Part shown: positions 58,571 through 64,000 of the stretch, one piece after another
Position numbering within the stretch: the stretch's first letter is position 1
Layout: each line of letters begins with the position of its first letter
Source of the DNA: Thermodesulfovibrionales bacterium
GTDB taxonomy: Bacteria; Nitrospirota; Thermodesulfovibrionia; Thermodesulfovibrionales; UBA6898
NCBI GenBank assembly: GCA_044450345.1
Contig: JBIOIY010000003.1
Location: 1-64,000, forward strand
Reading direction: 5' to 3'
Length of the DNA stretch: 64,000 nt
Position numbers and translations under genes: made by a program
Notes under the pieces: generated by a model
What the model saw: only the letters and a program-made list of their open reading frames with translations
Databases searched by the model: none
What the model was told of the DNA's origin: nothing

Positions 58571-58756
58571 GCAGATTAAGCGGCTGCAGATTAGGCAAAG
58601 GAATTCAAAGGGCCGAATGCTTTTGCCCAGTCTGCAGACTGACCGTTCTTAGGGTCGGCAAATGCTTACCCTGGGAAACAGCATGTGAAAGGGTAAAGGC
58701 ATTGACCCTGAGATTAATTATAAGGCAGTTAACCGAAGTAAAGATGGAGGAACAAC

Positions 58757-60019
58757 ATGGCGGATGAGAAGACCGGAACCCCTGAATCAGGAACGATCTT
58801 AGTAGCAGGGGGAGGAATCAGCGGTATCACGACCGCGCTTGAAGCTGCAGAGGTCGGATACGAAGTGTTTATAGTCGAAAAGAACCCATATCTCGGCGGC
58901 AGGGTGGCCCAACTCAACAAGTACTTCCCGAAGCTATGCCCTCCTACCTGCGGCCTGGAGATCAACTTCCAGAGGATTAAGAATAACAATCTCGTAAAAT
59001 GGTTTACCCTTACCGAGGTGGAGAAGATTTCGGGCGGTCCCGGAAATTATGACGTGACGCTCAAGCAGACTCCCCGTTATGTGAACAATAATTGCACGTG
59101 CTGCGGCAAGTGTGCGGAGGCGTGCGATGTCGAGATACCCAATACCTTCAATTTTGGTATGGACAAGAGGAAGGCTGCGTACCTTCCCCACGAGATGGCT
59201 TTTCCCCAGAGATATGTGCTTGACCCTTCCATAATAGGGACGAAGACCGCCCAGAAGTGCAAGGACGCATGTGTCTACAACGCGATAGAACTCGATGAAA
59301 AGCCGAAGACATTCAGTATAAAAGTCGCATCTATTGTCTGGGCAACCGGATGGAACCCTTACGACGCAAAGAAGATGGACAACCTCTCTTTCGGGAAGGT
59401 CCAAAATGTGATCACCAACATGATGATGGAAAGGCTGGCGGCTGTCAACGGCCCCACGAACGGAAAGATTGTCAGGCCGTCGGACGGCAAGGTTGTCAAC
59501 AACATAGCTTTCGTTCAGTGTGCCGGTTCAAGGGACGAAAATCATCTTCCCTTTTGTTCTTACATATGCTGTCTCGCTTCCCTGAAACAGACGACGTATA
59601 TAAGAGAAGCAAATCCCGAATCCAAGGCGACAATATTTTATATCGATCTGCGTACTCCGGGGAGATACGAAAAGTTCTATAAGAAGGTGAAAGCCGACGC
59701 GAATGTCTCATTTGTGAAGGGGAAGGTTGCAAAGATCGAAGAAGACCCCGCTACGAAGGACGTGATCGTTACGGTAGAGGACACAATGTCGGGCAAAAAG
59801 ATACATGCACGCTTTGATATGGTCGTACTCGCCACCGGGATGGAGCCTTCAACGGCATCGGCGAAGGTCCCGGGCAATGCGCAATACGATGAAAACAACT
59901 TTGTCATTTCAGCAGAGATACTGGCCACAGGCTGCGTGAAGAAACCGTCGGATGTAATGTCGTCAGGGCAGACGGCCACAGGGACGGCGCTCAAGGCCAT
60001 TCAAATGGTGAGGAGGTAA
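58757..60019 (+). CDS. qmoA: Quinone-modifying oxidoreductase subunit A
   Basis: HdrA-like: GGGISG, YFPKLCPPTCG, QCAGSRD and CSYICC. Confidence 0.95.
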   Translation: MADEKTGTPESGTILVAGGGISGITTALEAAEVGYEVFIVEKNPYLGGRVAQLNKYFPKLCPPTCGLEINFQRIKNNNLVKWFTLTEVEKISGGPGNYDVTLKQTPRYVNNNCTCCGKCAEACDVEIPNTFNFGMDKRKAAYLPHEMAFPQRYVLDPSIIGTKTAQKCKDACVYNAIELDEKPKTFSIKVASIVWATGWNPYDAKKMDNLSFGKVQNVITNMMMERLAAVNGPTNGKIVRPSDGKVVNNIAFVQCAGSRDENHLPFCSYICCLASLKQTTYIREANPESKATIFYIDLRTPGRYEKFYKKVKADANVSFVKGKVAKIEEDPATKDVIVTVEDTMSGKKIHARFDMVVLATGMEPSTASAKVPGNAQYDENNFVISAEILATGCVKKPSDVMSSGQTATGTALKAIQMVRR

Positions 60020-60026
60020 CATAAAA

Positions 60027-62363
60027 ATGGAGAAGAAACTCGGTGTATATATATGCGGCGGATGCTCTATAAGCGAAGGTCTTGATATCGAGAAGCTTTC
60101 TCTCGTCGCGACGAAGGAATACAAGACCCCGATCTGCAAGACCCATCCCGCCATGTGCGGCGAAGAAGGCGTTGGGACGATCAAGAAGGACATGGAGGCC
60201 GAAGGTGTCAACACGGTTGTCATCGCGGCATGTTCAGGAAGGGTCAAGTTTGATGTCTTCGATTTCGGTGAGGCGAATATAGTAGAGAGGGTGAATATAA
60301 GAGAACAGGTCGTCTGGAGCCATGACTGGACAAAGCAGGTGAAGGTCAAGACAAAGGACGCCGACGGTAAGGATGTCGTCACGGAAGAAACCCGGGCCAA
60401 CGACGATACCCAGATGCTTGCCGAGGACTACCTCAGGATGGGGATAGTAAAAGCCCAGAAAACGAACCAGGTCGATCCTTATCTGATCGAGAATGTGGAA
60501 AAGAGCATACTGGTTATAGGCGGGGGCATTACGGGATTGACTTCAGCGATTGAGGCGGCAAAGACCGGATATGAGGTTACGATCGTTGAAAAGGCTGCGC
60601 AGCTTGGCGGATATGCCGCGAAGCAGCGTAAGCAGATACCGACGAAGGCCCCCTATACTGACCTGGAACCGAACACAATTCAGGATAAGATAAAAGAAGC
60701 CACAAGTAATTCCAGAATAACGATCAAGACCAATATAGAGATAGCCAGGATCAGCGGAGGACCCGGGCAATTCGATGTCTCATTCAAACCGTCCGGCACA
60801 AAGTCCAAATGGGACATCCCGCCTAAGAAGAAGGAAGAAGACAAGGACAAGCCGGCCGAAGAGCCCGTAGAACTTCCGGCCGACCAGATCAAGTGTGAGG
60901 ATATCCTCACTTCCGATCCTGACGCCGAACGTTTCGGCTCGGTAATAGTTGCTGCCGGAGGAAGGCCTTCCGACCCTTCTGCATTCGAGCATCTCGGATA
61001 TGGCAAATTCGCAAACGTGATCACGAATGTGATGCTGGAGGAAACCGCCTTCAAGGGCAAGATAGTCAGGCCTTCCGACGGCAAGGCGGCGAAGACCGTG
61101 GCCTTTATCCAGAGCCCCGGCCTGAACGGAGATGACAGTGACTTCCCGTACGCCTCATCCGTAACGAGCATGATATCTCTGAAGCAGGCGAACTATCTGA
61201 CGGAAGACTATGCTGACGGCAAGGCTTATATATTCTATAAGCATATGCGCACGCCGGGCCATTATGAGAATTTCTACAAGTCCGCACAGAACAACCCCGG
61301 CATCTTTTTGACGAGGGGAGAGGTCAAGTCTGTCACTGAAAACGCGGACAAGAGTCTGACCATCGAGGTGGATGACACTATCCTCGGCGAAAATATTGCG
61401 GTTGATGTAGACCTCGTAGTGTTGGCGGCGGGGATGACGCCGGAGACCCAGTTTGAGCCGGTGATAAATCTCGCATACAGGCAGGGACCGGCTTTCAGGG
61501 ACCTTGAACTTTTTGACGGGTATGCTGATTCAAACTATATATGTTTCCCTTATGAGACGAGACGTACCGGGATCTATACCGCAGGGAACGTCAGGCAGAC
61601 CATGACGAACGGCGAGTGCATCGAGGACGCCACGGGCGCTGCACTTAAGGCAATACAGTGTCTTGAGTCCACGAACAGAGGCATGGCCGTGCATCCGAGG
61701 TCGGGAGATATGTCCTTCCCGGAGTTCTTCTTCCAGAGGTGTACGCAGTGCAAGAGATGCACGGAGGAATGCCCCTTCGGCGCGCTCGACGACGACGAAA
61801 AGGGTACGCCCAAGCCGAACCCGACAAGGTGCAGGAGATGCGGTACGTGTATGGGCGCCTGTCCCGAGAGGATCGTATCCTTTAAGAACTATCACATTGA
61901 CATGATAGGCTCGATGGTCAAGGCGATCAATGTCCCGGACGAGGAGGAGGAAAAATACAGGATCGTCGCCTTTGTCTGCGAAAACGACGCCTTGCCCGCA
62001 CTGGATATGGCAGGCCTGCATAAACTGAAATATTCCGCGGACATCAGGTTTATCCCGGTCCGGTGCCTCGGTTCCGTGAACACGATCTGGATCGCCGATG
62101 CGATGTCTAAGGGCAATGACGGGGTGCTTCTCATCGGCTGTAAATATGGCGATGATTATCAGTGCCACTTCGTAAAAGGAAGCGAACTCTGCAACAAGAG
62201 GATGGACAACGTGGCCGAGACGCTTGGAAAGCTGAGACTGGAGCCTGTCAGGGTGCAGCAGATCCAGTTCTCGATCGACGAATATGAAAAGATCCCGGAA
62301 GTTATCGGCAAATTTGTCGAGGTAATAGAAGGCGTAGGCTTCAACCCGATGAAGGGATTTTAG
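60027..62363 (+). CDS. qmoB: Quinone-modifying oxidoreductase subunit B
   Basis: HdrA-like flavin domain, two ferredoxin motifs and a C-terminal MvhD-like domain (CEND, VRCLG, YQCHF). Confidence 0.95.
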   Translation: MEKKLGVYICGGCSISEGLDIEKLSLVATKEYKTPICKTHPAMCGEEGVGTIKKDMEAEGVNTVVIAACSGRVKFDVFDFGEANIVERVNIREQVVWSHDWTKQVKVKTKDADGKDVVTEETRANDDTQMLAEDYLRMGIVKAQKTNQVDPYLIENVEKSILVIGGGITGLTSAIEAAKTGYEVTIVEKAAQLGGYAAKQRKQIPTKAPYTDLEPNTIQDKIKEATSNSRITIKTNIEIARISGGPGQFDVSFKPSGTKSKWDIPPKKKEEDKDKPAEEPVELPADQIKCEDILTSDPDAERFGSVIVAAGGRPSDPSAFEHLGYGKFANVITNVMLEETAFKGKIVRPSDGKAAKTVAFIQSPGLNGDDSDFPYASSVTSMISLKQANYLTEDYADGKAYIFYKHMRTPGHYENFYKSAQNNPGIFLTRGEVKSVTENADKSLTIEVDDTILGENIAVDVDLVVLAAGMTPETQFEPVINLAYRQGPAFRDLELFDGYADSNYICFPYETRRTGIYTAGNVRQTMTNGECIEDATGAALKAIQCLESTNRGMAVHPRSGDMSFPEFFFQRCTQCKRCTEECPFGALDDDEKGTPKPNPTRCRRCGTCMGACPERIVSFKNYHIDMIGSMVKAINVPDEEEEKYRIVAFVCENDALPALDMAGLHKLKYSADIRFIPVRCLGSVNTIWIADAMSKGNDGVLLIGCKYGDDYQCHFVKGSELCNKRMDNVAETLGKLRLEPVRVQQIQFSIDEYEKIPEVIGKFVEVIEGVGFNPMKGF

Positions 62364-62373
62364 GAGGTAATAC

Positions 62374-63543
62374 ATGGCTGAAGGCAAGTTGATTAAACCC
62401 GATTTAGATTTTGTAAAGAGGATCATGAATTCCGGCGGGGAGTCGCTCAAAAAGTGTTACCAGTGCGCGACGTGCTCTGTTGTATGCAATATGACGCCCG
62501 ACGACAAGCCCTTCCCCCGGAAAGAGATGATACATGCGCAGTGGGGGCTTAAGGAAAAACTCTTCGGCAATCCGGATATCTGGATCTGCCATCAGTGCAG
62601 CGACTGCACGGCCTATTGCCCGAGGGGAGCCAAGCCCGGAGAAGTCCTGGGCGCAATAAGGAAAGTGAGCATCGAGCATTACTCGTTCCCGTCTTTCCTC
62701 GGCAGGATGGTCGGAGATCCGAAGTTCTTAGTCTTTCTCCTTCTGGTTCCGATAGTGATATTCGGAGTGTTGGCTCCCTATCTGGGGCACCTCATTCCCT
62801 CGGAATATCTGGAAGGTCACACACCGGGATATCTGAATGAGCTGATCACCTCCAGTGACCGGATAGTGTATGCCGAGAAATTTATGCCGGTCCCTTTCAT
62901 CGATACGATCTTCATCTGTGCAGCGCTCTTTGCGTCTTTCGGTTTTTTCATCGGCATCATGAAGTATTGGAAAGACCTTGCCGCATATGGCGGTAAGCCC
63001 AAAGGATCCATTGTGAGCGCGCTAATCGCAACGATTACGGACTTTCTGGCACACAAAAACTTCAAGAAATGTGAGGTGACGGTCGATAGATCGAAATCGC
63101 ATCTCTTTGTCTTTTACGGCTTTGTCGGCCTCGCCATAACCACGACTTGGGCGATCTTCTATCTCTATGGCCTCCACCGGGAGTCGCCATATCCGCTGTA
63201 CGACCCGATGAAGTTGCTCGGAAACGCAAGCGCTCTGGGGCTGCTGCTCGGCATATTTTGGGTGATCTATAACAGGGTGCAGAACTCAGAAAAGGCCGGA
63301 AGGGGCAGCTATTATGACTGGCTCTTCATCAGTGTCGTTCTGACGATTGTTTCTACCGGGATACTCAGCGAAGTGCTGAGGCTGCTCGGGGTTGCGCTGC
63401 TCGCATATCCTGTCTATTTCGTTCACCTGGTTGCTATTTTCTTTCTCTTTGCCTATGCGCCTTTCTCGAAAATGGCCCATATGGTTTACAGAACGACCGC
63501 TCTGGTTTATGCTAAGAGCATCGGCAGGGAGAAGGAAAACTAA
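62374..63543 (+). CDS. qmoC: Quinone-modifying oxidoreductase membrane subunit C
   Basis: CYQCATCSVVC and CHQCSDCTAYCP, then a heme-b membrane domain ending PFSKMAH. Confidence 0.95.
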   Translation: MAEGKLIKPDLDFVKRIMNSGGESLKKCYQCATCSVVCNMTPDDKPFPRKEMIHAQWGLKEKLFGNPDIWICHQCSDCTAYCPRGAKPGEVLGAIRKVSIEHYSFPSFLGRMVGDPKFLVFLLLVPIVIFGVLAPYLGHLIPSEYLEGHTPGYLNELITSSDRIVYAEKFMPVPFIDTIFICAALFASFGFFIGIMKYWKDLAAYGGKPKGSIVSALIATITDFLAHKNFKKCEVTVDRSKSHLFVFYGFVGLAITTTWAIFYLYGLHRESPYPLYDPMKLLGNASALGLLLGIFWVIYNRVQNSEKAGRGSYYDWLFISVVLTIVSTGILSEVLRLLGVALLAYPVYFVHLVAIFFLFAYAPFSKMAHMVYRTTALVYAKSIGREKEN

Positions 63544-63591
63544 ACAGGGCCGTATAGGCTTTAATACAGCGAAAAGAACAGGAGGAGCATT

Positions 63592-64000
63592 ATGGCAACA
63601 GTTAAGGAAATAGTAGGGCCGGTGAAGAGGGAAATTATCTCTATCGGCAGGGACAAAACGGTCGCGGATGCGGTAAGCCAGCTGGTTGAAAACGAGATCG
63701 GGGCGCTGGTCGTCATGGACGGCGAAAAGGCTGTGGGGATGTTTACCGAGAGGGACGTTCTCAAATGCTGGACCAGAAAGGCCGAACGTCACTTCAAAGA
63801 CATCAAGATCTCCGAGGTCATGAGCACGAACCTGATTATCGCCGAGTCAGATGACGACCTTTGTTATGTGACTACGATCATGATCAAAAACAGGATCAGG
63901 CATCTGCCCGTCCTCGACAATAACAAGATCGTTGCGATGCTCTCCATCAGAGACGTCGTCAAGGCGCAGGTGACGGACCTCAGGGCGGAGAACCACTATC
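63592..64000 (+). CDS. CBS domain pair protein (runs off window end)
   Basis: GGAGG RBS; TVADAV, IGALVV, GMFTERD, IRHLPV and LSIRDVV. Confidence 0.88.
   Translation, partial: MATVKEIVGPVKREIISIGRDKTVADAVSQLVENEIGALVVMDGEKAVGMFTERDVLKCWTRKAERHFKDIKISEVMSTNLIIAESDDDLCYVTTIMIKNRIRHLPVLDNNKIVAMLSIRDVVKAQVTDLRAENHY

Noticed and set aside
61098..61190. QmoB lacking the HdrA cysteine cluster motif as a defect
   Set aside because: Loss of these cysteines is, as far as I recall, normal for Desulfovibrio-type QmoB.

Overview
This is a chromosomal window from an anaerobic, sulfur-cycling diderm bacterium. Gene content and the reductive-type AprBA/QmoABC resemble Nitrospirota (Thermodesulfovibrionia) or Desulfobacterota, but this placement is inferred. 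Core content: greB, recN, trpD, frameshifted prfB, lnt, tRNA-Phe, rtcA, recQ, truA, rdgB, a ModE-tupABC tungstate uptake locus, a 2891-aa cyclic beta-1,2-glucan synthase and the sat-aprBA-qmoABC cluster. Four things stand out. (1) A complete c-di-GMP-I (GEMM) riboswitch with its own terminator lies on the + strand between two minus-strand diguanylate cyclase genes, antisense to both, suggesting a riboswitch-gated antisense feedback loop. (2) An AT-rich nuclease-STAND (Avs/NLR-like) antiphage gene is split by an IS630 just after its nuclease domain; removing the IS restores a 1532-aa ORF. (3) A decaying toxin-antitoxin patch carries attC-like sites but no integrase. (4) Several cryptic gene scars are present: a mocA-like remnant, an amber-interrupted alkD and a HigB tail. 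All calls come from reading motifs by eye; no searches were run.
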